A stretch of 63,972 bases of DNA, the filler included, from an uncultured Methanosarcinales archaeon (GTDB lineage Archaea; Nanobdellota; Nanobdellia; Woesearchaeales; GW2011-AR9), in NCBI GenBank assembly GCA_964434885.1. It is 7 parts of 5 records of this genome, joined end to end, with 100 filler letters (N's around TTAATTAATTAA, not from the genome) between each part and the next. Parts side by side here need not be neighbours in the genome. Positions count along the whole stretch, not along the records: positions 11,427 to 25,559 come from CAYSWQ010000001.1; 6 more parts are not named here. One strand, given 5' to 3'. A program made the translations under genes and the position numbers. A model generated the notes under the pieces. It was given only the letters and a program-made list of their open reading frames with translations, made no database searches and was not told the DNA's origin. Below, piece after piece: positions 12,224-21,460 of the stretch; within the stretch, counting starts at the first letter, position 1, and each line of letters starts with the position of its first letter.

Positions 12224-12358
12224 TAATCCCTCTTGATTGCCTTCAAAATTCTGAACATATGTATGATTGTGCTACATCCCCGGATGGGGCGTCTCCCCGT
12301 AACGCACGCGAGGTTGTTGGTGTGGGAATTTTGACCGAATGGCAATGGTGAGGGATTA
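12224..12358. ncRNA. Candidate structured non-coding RNA, family unknown
   Basis: 65/135 GC (48%) in an AT-rich genome. Nested stems: taatccctc/gagggatta, attgcc/ggcaat, tcaaaattc/gaattttga, gtgc/gcac, tac/gta. Capped by two short hairpins. Confidence 0.6.
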
Positions 12359-12412
12359 TACCATACTAAGTTAATAGAAAAACTTAAAAACCAGCTACTT
12401 TTAGAATATTGT

Positions 12413-13033
12413 ATGGGAAATAAAATTGTTTGTCGGGCAGTAATTGAAGTTCTAGGTCAACCAAAAGAACATGTTGAAAAAGCAATGCAAGAATATATTG
12501 GTAATCTGAAAAAAGATGAAAGATATCAAATTATTCGAGAAGATTTTGCAGAATTAAAAAAACAAGATAATAATCTTTGGGCTACTTTTACAGAAATGGA
12601 GATAGAAGTAAAAGAGATTAAAGATGTAGTGAGTTTTTGTTTTGAATATATGCCCTCTTTGATTGAAATTATTGAACCTGAAAAAATAACTTTAACTGAC
12701 CGAGATTTCTCTGATTTTTTTAATGATTTACAAGCTCGTTTGCACCAAGTAGATATGGTAGCTAAGCAAGTTAAATTAGAAAGTGAACATTCAAATGTAA
12801 GTATGAATAAATTATTACGTAATTATGTGGTGATGTTGCTTAATGAAAGAGATTTATCAATGGAAGAATTAAGTAAATTTACTGGAATTAAAGAAGAAGT
12901 ATTAGGTGATTATTTAGATGGATTGGTAGATCAAAAAATATTGGAAATGGAAAAAGGAGTTTATCATTTAAATAAAGAGCAATTGCTTGCTGAAAAAGAG
13001 GGTGGATCAGATGGAGAACAATCAAGACAATAA
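12413..13033 (+). CDS. Conserved archaeal hypothetical protein with C-terminal wHTH
   Basis: IEVLGQPKEHV...FEYMPSLIEIIEP N-domain; LSMEELSKFTGIKEEVLGDYLDGLV HTH; overlaps scpB start. Confidence 0.7.
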   Translation: MGNKIVCRAVIEVLGQPKEHVEKAMQEYIGNLKKDERYQIIREDFAELKKQDNNLWATFTEMEIEVKEIKDVVSFCFEYMPSLIEIIEPEKITLTDRDFSDFFNDLQARLHQVDMVAKQVKLESEHSNVSMNKLLRNYVVMLLNERDLSMEELSKFTGIKEEVLGDYLDGLVDQKILEMEKGVYHLNKEQLLAEKEGGSDGEQSRQ

Positions 13034-13883
13034 ACATAAAGTTGAAGCAGTTTTGTTTGCAGTAGGGAAGGAAATTTCTACAGAAAGATTAGCTAGTTTA
13101 TGTGATTTAAAAGAAAAAGAAATTAAGCAAGTAATGGAAGAATTGAGGAAAGACTATGGTGAGAGGGAAAATTCTTTGCAAATTATGCAACGTGAAAATA
13201 ACTGGAAATTAACTGTCAGAGATGAATTTATTGGATTGGTTAACAATCTTGTTTCTGAAACTGATTTGGATAAACCATTAATGGAAACTTTAGCCGTAAT
13301 TGCTTGGAAGTATCCAGTAGTACAATCAGATGTCATAAAATTAAGACATTCTAAGGCGTATGATCATATTAAACAACTATTAGACATGGGTTTTATTCAA
13401 AAAATTCGTTCTGGTCGGACCTATAAGTTAAAGTTAACTAAGAAATTCTTTGAGTATTTTGATTTACCTTCTGCCGAAGCTAAAAAAGCTTTTTTGAAAG
13501 AAGTTCCTGCGGAAGTTTTGAAAGAAGCAGAAGAAACTGAAAAGGAAGCAGGAGAAGTAGAATTGTTGTTGGAAAAAGAAGAGAAAGAAGAGAATGCTCG
13601 TTCAGAGATTAAAGGGGCAATGGCCCAGGTGAAGAGTGCTGAAGAAAGTGATGATGGAGTGGAAGAAGAGAGTGTGGACTCTGAAGAAGGGGTTGATGAA
13701 GGACAGACCGTGTTAGTCACTAATCAAGTTCCAGAAGAAGGAGTGAGCGAAGTGGAAGAAGGAGAAGAAATGGAACTAGGAGAAGATGATGAAGACTCTG
13801 AAGAGATGGGTTCGGAAGAAATGACAAGTGGAAAGAAGAAAAAGAAGAAACAAAAAGAGATGATAAGTCAAGTTTTTGGCTGA
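13011..13883 (+). CDS. scpB: SMC-Scp complex subunit ScpB with long acidic tail
   Basis: VEAVLFA, METLAVIAWKYPVVQSDVIKLR, TKKFFEYFDL; ATG at 13011 follows GAGGGTGG. Confidence 0.92.
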   Translation: MENNQDNKHKVEAVLFAVGKEISTERLASLCDLKEKEIKQVMEELRKDYGERENSLQIMQRENNWKLTVRDEFIGLVNNLVSETDLDKPLMETLAVIAWKYPVVQSDVIKLRHSKAYDHIKQLLDMGFIQKIRSGRTYKLKLTKKFFEYFDLPSAEAKKAFLKEVPAEVLKEAEETEKEAGEVELLLEKEEKEENARSEIKGAMAQVKSAEESDDGVEEESVDSEEGVDEGQTVLVTNQVPEEGVSEVEEGEEMELGEDDEDSEEMGSEEMTSGKKKKKKQKEMISQVFG

Positions 13884-13892
13884 ATTTTCCGA

Positions 13893-13905
13893 AAGGTTTA
13901 TAAGG
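13893..13905 (+). promoter_or_regulatory. Archaeal BRE-TATA promoter of gyrA
   Basis: gaaaggTTTATAAg; the same purine-rich-then-TTTATA pattern precedes many genes in the window. Confidence 0.5.
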
Positions 13906-14000
13906 GTATTGGACTTCTTATTTTATATAATTTGTCGACGATAAATTTAAGTTTAATAATCTAAATGATTTAACTGAGATTAGTCAAAAAACTAGTAAAA

Positions 14001-16556
14001 ATGGATGAAGAAAATTATGAAAAAACAAGTGATTTAAGTAAAGATAATTCTATTAATTTTCTTTCTGAGGAAGAAGTTAGAGATGAAGCAATTGGGTACA
14101 ATAAATTGTGGAATAAAGGGAACGAAATGGTTAAAGATTATCAAAGTTCAGATAAAATTGTTTGTAAAGTTATTGAAGATGAAATGAAGCAGGCTTATGT
14201 TGATTATGCAATGTCGGTGATTGTTGGTCGAGCATTACCAGATGTTCGAGATGGATTAAAACCAGTACATAGAAGAATTCTTTTTGCAATGAATGAAATG
14301 GGGATGTTTCATAATAAACCCTATAAAAAATGTGCTCGAATTGTAGGGGAAGTGTTAGGTAAATATCACCCACATGGAGATACTGCTGTTTATGATGCTT
14401 TAGTTCGGATGGCACAGTCTTTTTCTCTGAGATTACCTTTGATTAACGGACAAGGTAACTTTGGAAGTATTGATGGTGATCGAGCGGCAGCGATGAGATA
14501 TACAGAAGCTAAGTTAAACAAATTGGCAGAAGATATGTTGAGAGACATCGATAAAGAAACTGTTAGTTGGAAACCTAATTTTGATGGTTCATTAAAAGAA
14601 CCAGAAGTCTTACCTGCAAAAATACCTAATCTTTTAGTTAATGGATCGAGCGGAATTGCAGTGGGAATGGCAACTAATATTCCACCCCACAACCTTAAAG
14701 AAGTTTGTCAAGGAACGATTGCAGTAATTGAAAACCCAGATATTTCTCCAGATGAATTAATGCAAATAATCCCTGGTCCTGATTTTCCAACTGGAGGAGA
14801 AGTTACGGCAAGAGATAACTTAAAATGGGCTTACCATAAAGGTCGGGGAAAAGTTATTATTAAATCAGTAGCAGAAATTGAAGAAAAAAGAATCATCATT
14901 AAAGAAGTACCTTATCAAGTCAATAAAGCAGAATTGATTGAACAAATTGCTGATTTAGTAAGAGATAAGAAAGTAGTTGGTATTAGAAATATTAATGATG
15001 AATCTGACCGGGAAGGAATTAGGGTTGTGGTGGATTTGAAGAAAGATGCTGATGGTCAAGTAGTGTTAAATCAGTTGTTTAAATATAGTAGATTAAAAGT
15101 TACTTTTGGAATTAATTTATTGGCTTTGGTAAATAATGAACCAAAAACATTGGGATTGAAGGATTTAATTGAATACCATATTAAACATCGACAAGAAATT
15201 ATCCGAAGAAGGACAGAATATGATTTAAAACAAGCAGAAAAAAGAGTTCATGTTTTAGAAGGATTGATTGTTGCTTTAGATAATATTGATGAAGTGATTC
15301 CAGGAATCCGTAATAGCAAGACAGTAGAAGAAGCAAAGAATTTCTTAATGAGCAATTATAGTTTATCAGAGATTCAAGCTAAAGCAATTTTGGAAATGAA
15401 GTTACAAAAATTAGCTTCATTGGAACAAGAAAAGATCAAAAAAGAACATCAAGAATTAATGATTAAAATTGAAGGATATCAAGAAATTCTAGGTTCTGAA
15501 AGTAAAATTTTAGAATTGATTAAATCAGAATTAACCGAAGTTATGGAAAAATATGGAGATGATCGTAGATCAAAAATTATCGAAGGGGAAGATGTTGGTT
15601 ATGTAGATATGGAAGAGTTGATTGAAAAAGATACTGTGGTAGTAACCATTACTAAATCTGGATATGCTAAAAGATTACCTTTAGATACTTATCGGACGCA
15701 ACGGCGAGGGGGGAAAGGGATTAAAGCTACAGGAATGAAAGAAGAAGACTTTGTAGAACATTTATTTATCACTTCTACCCACACATATTTATTGTTGTTT
15801 ACTGATTCTGGCCAAGTTCATTGGTTGAAAGCTTATATGATACCGGAAGGAAGCAGAATTGCTCGTGGAACACATATTGCTAATTTAATTGGTTCTAAAG
15901 ATCCAATTACTACTGTAGTGCCAGTAGATGACTTTACCAAAGGTTATTTATTTATGGCTACTCAAAAAGGAACAGTTAAAAAAACTAATTTGCAAGATTT
16001 TTCTCATCCTAGAAAAGGTGGAATTAGAGCGATTGGTTTAGATGAAGATAATAAACTAATTGGAGTTAAGTTAACAGATGGTAGTCAAGAGATCATATTA
16101 GCTAGTCGCCGAGGAATGGCAGTAAGGTTTAGAGAAAGTGATGTTCGACCAATGGGAAGGACTGCTTTTGGAGTAAGAGGAATTAGATTAGGTTCTGGAG
16201 ACAAAGTAGTGGGTATGATTGTAGCGGAAGAGGGAAAGAACATCTTAACTATTACAGAGAAAGGTTATGGTAAAAGAACTTCAATTGATGAGTATCGACT
16301 AATTGGTCGTGGTGGTAAAGGAGTAACTAATATTAAAGTGATGGAGAAAAATGGACCAGTAGCTTATGTAATGTTAGTAAATGATAGTGAAGAATTAATG
16401 TTGATTTCAAAATCAGGAATTGCAATTAGGATTAATTGTGGTGGGATTTCTAAGATTGGTAGGGCGACGCAAGGAGTTCGGGTGATGAGATTGGGAGAAG
16501 GAGACCAAGTAGTTACTGCTGCAAAGATTGTTGAGGAAGAAGATGGGTCAGAGTAG
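14001..16556 (+). CDS. gyrA: DNA gyrase subunit A
   Basis: RALPDVRDGLKPVHRR, YHPHGD, catalytic AAMRYTE, GyrA-box QRRGGKG, beta-pinwheel C-terminal repeats. Confidence 0.97.
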   Translation: MDEENYEKTSDLSKDNSINFLSEEEVRDEAIGYNKLWNKGNEMVKDYQSSDKIVCKVIEDEMKQAYVDYAMSVIVGRALPDVRDGLKPVHRRILFAMNEMGMFHNKPYKKCARIVGEVLGKYHPHGDTAVYDALVRMAQSFSLRLPLINGQGNFGSIDGDRAAAMRYTEAKLNKLAEDMLRDIDKETVSWKPNFDGSLKEPEVLPAKIPNLLVNGSSGIAVGMATNIPPHNLKEVCQGTIAVIENPDISPDELMQIIPGPDFPTGGEVTARDNLKWAYHKGRGKVIIKSVAEIEEKRIIIKEVPYQVNKAELIEQIADLVRDKKVVGIRNINDESDREGIRVVVDLKKDADGQVVLNQLFKYSRLKVTFGINLLALVNNEPKTLGLKDLIEYHIKHRQEIIRRRTEYDLKQAEKRVHVLEGLIVALDNIDEVIPGIRNSKTVEEAKNFLMSNYSLSEIQAKAILEMKLQKLASLEQEKIKKEHQELMIKIEGYQEILGSESKILELIKSELTEVMEKYGDDRRSKIIEGEDVGYVDMEELIEKDTVVVTITKSGYAKRLPLDTYRTQRRGGKGIKATGMKEEDFVEHLFITSTHTYLLLFTDSGQVHWLKAYMIPEGSRIARGTHIANLIGSKDPITTVVPVDDFTKGYLFMATQKGTVKKTNLQDFSHPRKGGIRAIGLDEDNKLIGVKLTDGSQEIILASRRGMAVRFRESDVRPMGRTAFGVRGIRLGSGDKVVGMIVAEEGKNILTITEKGYGKRTSIDEYRLIGRGGKGVTNIKVMEKNGPVAYVMLVNDSEELMLISKSGIAIRINCGGISKIGRATQGVRVMRLGEGDQVVTAAKIVEEEDGSE

Positions 16557-16989
16557 TTTGGATGAGACTTTGTTTCCGTTGGAAACCAATAAAAAATATT
16601 CTGCCAAGGAATTGTATAAAGTTTTACTTGAAGAAAGAAAAGACTATAGTTTATCTCTAGCAGCCAATTGGGGAACTTTGAAAAAAGATCGAAGTACTAG
16701 AAAATTGAAATATGGTCAAATTAATCACCGGTTTTTGAAAACACTGGAAGCAGGTTTAGAGAATTCAGAATTACATTCACTAGAGTTGGAATTTGTTAGG
16801 AAAGGAATCGAATTGGACGCCGAGTATGTAGAATTTGTTGATTTTTGGTATGAATTAAGAGTTGATAATGGTCGCCAAAAAACTTATCAAGTAACTTCCT
16901 ATGCAGTCAGCAATAGATTTAATGATTTTATTGAAGTTGATTTGTTACGACCAAAAAAACAAGGGCCAAGGAAAACCAGCAAAAAATGA
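16543..16989 (+). CDS. Hypothetical protein
   Basis: ORF overlaps gyrA stop and the next start (ATGA), suggesting translational coupling. Confidence 0.6.
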   Translation: MGQSSLDETLFPLETNKKYSAKELYKVLLEERKDYSLSLAANWGTLKKDRSTRKLKYGQINHRFLKTLEAGLENSELHSLELEFVRKGIELDAEYVEFVDFWYELRVDNGRQKTYQVTSYAVSNRFNDFIEVDLLRPKKQGPRKTSKK

Positions 16990-18026
16990 AAATAATAATT
17001 TTAACTAATTTTGAAGAATTGAGTTTGTTAGAGATTAAAGAATTAGTTAATGTTAAAGGAAAGAAAGTTGGTTCTGGTGTTATTAAAGTTGATGTTTCGG
17101 AAGAAGAAATGTTGGTTTTGTGTTCTCGTGGACAATCTTTCAAAAGAGTTTTGTTAAATGTAGATAGTGTTGATGATTTAGAAGATATTAATTTAAGTGG
17201 TTTTGAATGGTCTGATGTTTTATGGCCAGAATGTAGTTTTAAGGTAGAGATTGAAGGAGTTAAAGGGAATGAAAAAAGAATTGAAATTGGGCGTAAAATT
17301 GCCGATTTGGTTCTGGCTGTCGTTGATTTTAAATTGAATATAGATTTTAAGAAACCAGAAGTGGGAGTTTATTTATATTTTGATGGAAAAAAATATTTTT
17401 TGGGAATAGATTTGATTGGTTATGAAATGAATAAAAGAGATTATCGAGTGTTTGTTAATTCTGCTTCATTTAAAGGAGATATTGGTTATTATTTAGTTCG
17501 TAAATCTGATTTTGTTAAAGGAGAAAAATTAGTAGTAGGTTTTGTTAAAGATGGAACTACTTTGATTGAAGCAGGTTTATTTGATGTTGGGAAAGTAGTA
17601 AATAAAAAATTTAGTTTTGAAAAGTTTCCTAAATTTAAAGAATTGAAGAAGAAAGAAATAGAGAAGAAAGAAACTAAAGTACAAGGTTTTGATGAAAGTA
17701 TGGTTAATGTTCGGGCAGCGCGGAAGAATGCCCAACTTGCGGGTGTTTATGTTACAGCGAATAAATTTGACTTGGATGAATTAGATGTTAAATTTTCAGA
17801 AGGGGAAGTTGATAGGTTGATTTTTCAAATTACTAAAAAAGATGAAGATAAATTAAACGAAATTTATTATCAGGCAAATTATGTTTTACGAAAAAAAGGA
17901 ACTTTGTTGATTTTAAGTCGGGAAGGATGGGAAATTTCTGTTTCTGATAAATTTAAATTGGTTGGTTCGGAAGTTATTAAAAAAGGACAGAGCAGTTATA
18001 AGATTTGGTTGTTGGAGAAGAAATAG
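16986..18026 (+). CDS. THUMP-domain tRNA methyltransferase-like protein (Trm14/TrmN-like) with degenerate SAM motifs
   Basis: THUMP (SFKVEIEG..IDFKKPE..LGIDLIG..KRDYRVF) followed by a Rossmann-like domain with GTTLIEA and ARKNAQLAGV. Confidence 0.75.
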   Translation: MKIIILTNFEELSLLEIKELVNVKGKKVGSGVIKVDVSEEEMLVLCSRGQSFKRVLLNVDSVDDLEDINLSGFEWSDVLWPECSFKVEIEGVKGNEKRIEIGRKIADLVLAVVDFKLNIDFKKPEVGVYLYFDGKKYFLGIDLIGYEMNKRDYRVFVNSASFKGDIGYYLVRKSDFVKGEKLVVGFVKDGTTLIEAGLFDVGKVVNKKFSFEKFPKFKELKKKEIEKKETKVQGFDESMVNVRAARKNAQLAGVYVTANKFDLDELDVKFSEGEVDRLIFQITKKDEDKLNEIYYQANYVLRKKGTLLILSREGWEISVSDKFKLVGSEVIKKGQSSYKIWLLEKK

Positions 18027-18076
18027 TTTTGATTAAAACCAAACGATTTAAAAATAATAAAATATTACTTCTAGAT

Positions 18077-18817
18077 ATGGTTAATATATTAGAGTTAATG
18101 TCTCGTATCCAAAAACATCTTAGGTTTAATCATCAAGAACTGGTTGGTTTAGTTTTAGGGATTTTAGTAACAGGATTTATTTTTTCTTTTAAAGATTGGG
18201 GAGTAGATAAATTTAATTTGTTAGTGGGCTTGAAGAATTTGGTTATTACGGTTTTGGCTGCGTTAGTTGGTTATCTTGCCCATTTAATTCCTCAAAAGAT
18301 TTATGCATTGGGAGAAGGTTATTTAGCAGAATTTAAACCCTGGTGGCCAGGAATAATTATTGCTTTAGTTTTGGGTTTTGTTTCTGCTGGAAATATAACT
18401 TTGATTCTGGCAGGAGGAATGTTTTTGTCATTTATGGTCAGACACAGGCTAGGGGAGTTTAGATATGGTTATAATTTAGAACAACAGGCAGTAACTGGTT
18501 TTTGGGGAGTTTATGGTTTGTTGATAATGGCTACAATTTTCCGTATTTTCACTTACTATTTTCCCAAAGTTTTATTTTTTGAAAAAGGATTATTGATTTG
18601 TTTAATTTTTGCAATATGTGCATTATTGCCAATTCCAGGAATGAATGGATTAAACTTATTTTTTGGTTCCAGAATGATTTATTTTTTTAGTTTGATTTTA
18701 GTAGTGGTATTTTCATTATTGTTTTGGTTAGGTGGGGGAATTGGTTTAGTAGTGGCAATTGTTGGTCAAATCATGGTTGGAGGATATTATTTATTGGCGG
18801 TGGGTTCGGAAAAATGA
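18077..18817 (+). CDS. M50/site-2-protease-like membrane protein with degenerate HExxH
   Basis: Multi-TM; AHLIPQKIYA at the HExxH position; LLPIPGMNG at the NLLPxxPLDG position. Confidence 0.65.
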   Translation: MVNILELMSRIQKHLRFNHQELVGLVLGILVTGFIFSFKDWGVDKFNLLVGLKNLVITVLAALVGYLAHLIPQKIYALGEGYLAEFKPWWPGIIIALVLGFVSAGNITLILAGGMFLSFMVRHRLGEFRYGYNLEQQAVTGFWGVYGLLIMATIFRIFTYYFPKVLFFEKGLLICLIFAICALLPIPGMNGLNLFFGSRMIYFFSLILVVVFSLLFWLGGGIGLVVAIVGQIMVGGYYLLAVGSEK

Positions 18818-19152
18818 AAATTGAAGAATATTGGGTGGAAACTTTAACTATGGTTTTTATACTAGTTGGTTTTGTGATTTCATTGTTATTGGTAAGTCAT
18901 TCAATAGCATATTTTATTGTGCTTTTGTCTGGTTTCTTGGCTGGAAGAATTTTCTACATGAAAAGATTCAAAGAACCAATTTTTCCTTTTGTTGTAATGA
19001 TTGTTGGTTTCTTATTTGGTTATCTTTTAGGTGGTTTTGGAATGAGTAAAGTTTGGATTGTTGTTTTGTTTTTAGTGAGCTGGGGAATTTCATATTACTT
19101 GCATAAAGCAAAAATAATCAAAATCTTTAAAAGTAAGAACTTTATTAAGTAA
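18814..19152 (+). CDS. Small 4-TM membrane protein
   Basis: Four hydrophobic segments; ATGA overlap with the upstream gene. Confidence 0.7.
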   Translation: MKIEEYWVETLTMVFILVGFVISLLLVSHSIAYFIVLLSGFLAGRIFYMKRFKEPIFPFVVMIVGFLFGYLLGGFGMSKVWIVVLFLVSWGISYYLHKAKIIKIFKSKNFIK

Positions 19153-19156
19153 AGAC

Positions 19157-19444
19157 ATGGATAGTTTTCGAAATAAGAGTATTATCATCAGCAGGAAGCC
19201 AGGAAAAGATTCTGAAGATTATGATGTACAGATTGCATTATTTGGAGAGAATAATCCTCATTTAAAAGGACATGTTCCATTTAAAGTTTTAGAGTATAAT
19301 AATATTGAAAAAGTGAGAATAAGAGAGTTAGAAAATGTTTCTTATTATACTGCCGGAAATGATATTGTGATTAATGACTTAGTAGAATTGAATATTGGGT
19401 TGGAAGATGGAATCATTACTTTGACTGGTAAACAAGAATTTTAG
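19157..19444 (+). CDS. Hypothetical protein (beta-rich)
   Basis: ORF starts 4 nt after the previous stop; host-like codon use. Confidence 0.65.
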   Translation: MDSFRNKSIIISRKPGKDSEDYDVQIALFGENNPHLKGHVPFKVLEYNNIEKVRIRELENVSYYTAGNDIVINDLVELNIGLEDGIITLTGKQEF

Positions 19445-19619
19445 TATCATTTGATAGTGGTGTTTTTATTCTAGAAACATTTATAAGTGAGGTTCTTATC
19501 TATAATAAAGAATAAAAAGAGCTAAAAACATTAATATAAAGTTGGCGGAAACAGATAGTCAAAAACTAATTCTGTTTCAAAATTATATATTACTGAAGTA
19601 TTAGCAACGAGGAAATAAA

Positions 19620-20873
19620 ATGAAATTTGAAGAATTAAATGTAAAACCAGAGATTGTATCTCGGTTACAAAAAGAAGGAATTGTAGAAGCAACTACAATC
19701 CAAGAAAAAACAATTCCTTTAGTACAAAAAGGACATGATGTTATTGGAATCTCTAGAACTGGTTCTGGAAAAACAGTTAGTTTTGGTGTACCTTTGTTAG
19801 AACAAATGGAATTGGGTAGAGGGATTCAGAGTGTTGTATTGGCCCCGACAAGAGAATTAGCTAACCAAATCTCTAGTGAGATGAAAAAATGGTGTGATTT
19901 TAAGATTGCAACAATTTTTGGTGGTGTGGGAATGGAACCACAAATTGAAGCCCTCTGTACAGCTGAAATTGTAGTGGGAACTCCTGGAAGAATGCTAGAT
20001 CATTTACAAAGAGGAAATTTGGATTTAACTAAAGTAAAAGTTTTTGCTTTAGATGAAGCAGATAAAATGGTAGAAATGGGGTTTATTGAAGATATTGAAG
20101 AAATTTTAATGGGGATGCCTAAAAGTAGACAAATTTTACTTTTTGGAGCAACTATTTCTAATGAAATTGATTATCTGAAAAAGAAACATATGAACAATGT
20201 TGTTGTGGCGGAAGCAGAATTACATGTGAAAAAAGATTTATTACAACAATTCTATTATAATGTTAAAGTTCATGAGAAATTTTCTTTGTTAGTGCATCTT
20301 TTGAAGCAAGAAGAAATGGGAAGAGTGATGATTTTTTGTTCTAAAAGAAGTACTGTGGATTTGGTTAATCATAATTTGAAATTACAAGGAGTAAAGGCAG
20401 AAATGATTCATGGGAAAATGACTCAAAATAAAAGGTTGAGTGTGATTAAAAGGTTCAATACTGATAAAGTGAATATTTTGGTAGCATCAGCTGTTGCCGC
20501 TCGTGGATTAGATATTAAAGACGTAACCCATATCTTTAATTATGATTTGTCTCAAGATCCGCAAGAATATATCCATAGAATTGGTCGGACTGCTCGAGCA
20601 GGTGAAGCTGGAAAAGCAATTACTTTACTTGCTGAACCAGACTATCAGAATTTTGATGGGATTTTTGCTCGTTATGATGTGGATATTGAAGAATTGGAAC
20701 CTGGACATTATCAGAAGTTGAAGTTTGAAACTGGTTTTCAGAGAAGTGGATTTCGAGGAAGAAATGGTTCTCGAGGTGGGTTTCGAGGAAGAAATTTCCA
20801 TGGAAGAAGAAATTTTAGAAATGGTAGTGTGAATCGAAATAATGATTCTGGTGTAAGCCAGAATTTTAATTAA
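19620..20873 (+). CDS. DEAD-box RNA helicase with FRGRN-repeat basic tail
   Basis: TGSGKT, PTRELA, TPGR, DEAD, ARGLD and HRIGRTAR motifs. Confidence 0.95.
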   Translation: MKFEELNVKPEIVSRLQKEGIVEATTIQEKTIPLVQKGHDVIGISRTGSGKTVSFGVPLLEQMELGRGIQSVVLAPTRELANQISSEMKKWCDFKIATIFGGVGMEPQIEALCTAEIVVGTPGRMLDHLQRGNLDLTKVKVFALDEADKMVEMGFIEDIEEILMGMPKSRQILLFGATISNEIDYLKKKHMNNVVVAEAELHVKKDLLQQFYYNVKVHEKFSLLVHLLKQEEMGRVMIFCSKRSTVDLVNHNLKLQGVKAEMIHGKMTQNKRLSVIKRFNTDKVNILVASAVAARGLDIKDVTHIFNYDLSQDPQEYIHRIGRTARAGEAGKAITLLAEPDYQNFDGIFARYDVDIEELEPGHYQKLKFETGFQRSGFRGRNGSRGGFRGRNFHGRRNFRNGSVNRNNDSGVSQNFN

Positions 20874-21016
20874 TTTTTTTTATATTTTGGATTGGGTTTA
20901 ACTGTAAATATATGGCGTTAACTGGCTGTTTCTGAGCATCTCAAAAACTGAGATATATAGCCAATATAAGTGAAATGTTAAGGACGTTTTTATGTTAGTT
21001 CTGACATGTACTTATT

Positions 21017-21460
21017 ATGGCACGTGAGAGGTGCAAAACAATGAACGTCTTCCAAAAAATTAAAATTGTACGAGAGATTATAAAAGAGGTTTTTCCTAAG
21101 ATGGAAATAGAACAACTAACACAAGAAGTACAATTTCTAGCTAATAACTGGCATGGGAAAAAAAGAAAGACAGGTATTAAATTAACCAGACAGCAGATGG
21201 TGTTATATGATCTTCTCTTAAAGAACCAATATTATCCTGATACAGTTTATCGTTGGCTACTGTTAGCAACCGCCCCAGAGGATGTTAAAGAAAAGTTACG
21301 TAATCAAGAAATCAGTATCAAAACAGCTTTAAATCTGAGAAGACAGCAGAAAGAATATCCTTCTGTTACAGAACGAGAATTTATGGACACCATCATTAAT
21401 TGTATTGAAACTTTTATTTCTGAAGCTGGAGAGAATTATCCCGGGAGGACGATAAAATGA
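21017..21460 (+). CDS. Helical DNA-binding protein with ParB/KorB-HTH-like segment; partner of the recombinase
   Basis: TVYRWLLLATAPEDVKEKLRNQEISIKTALNL resembles the ParB HTH-region motif (LRLLxLPxxVxxxLxxGxIS); ATGA overlap with the recombinase. Confidence 0.6.
   Translation: MARERCKTMNVFQKIKIVREIIKEVFPKMEIEQLTQEVQFLANNWHGKKRKTGIKLTRQQMVLYDLLLKNQYYPDTVYRWLLLATAPEDVKEKLRNQEISIKTALNLRRQQKEYPSVTEREFMDTIINCIETFISEAGENYPGRTIK

Noticed and set aside
12224..12358. Identification as SRP RNA, 5S rRNA, tRNA or RNase P RNA
   Set aside because: No CAGG..GRAA..AGCA helix-8 motif, no T-loop or cloverleaf, no CCGAAC 5S loop, and no GAGGAAAGUCC on either strand.
20751..20822. Direct repeat tttcgaggaagaaat as an att site or CRISPR-like repeat
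   Set aside because: It is an in-frame coding repeat (FRGRN) of the helicase tail.
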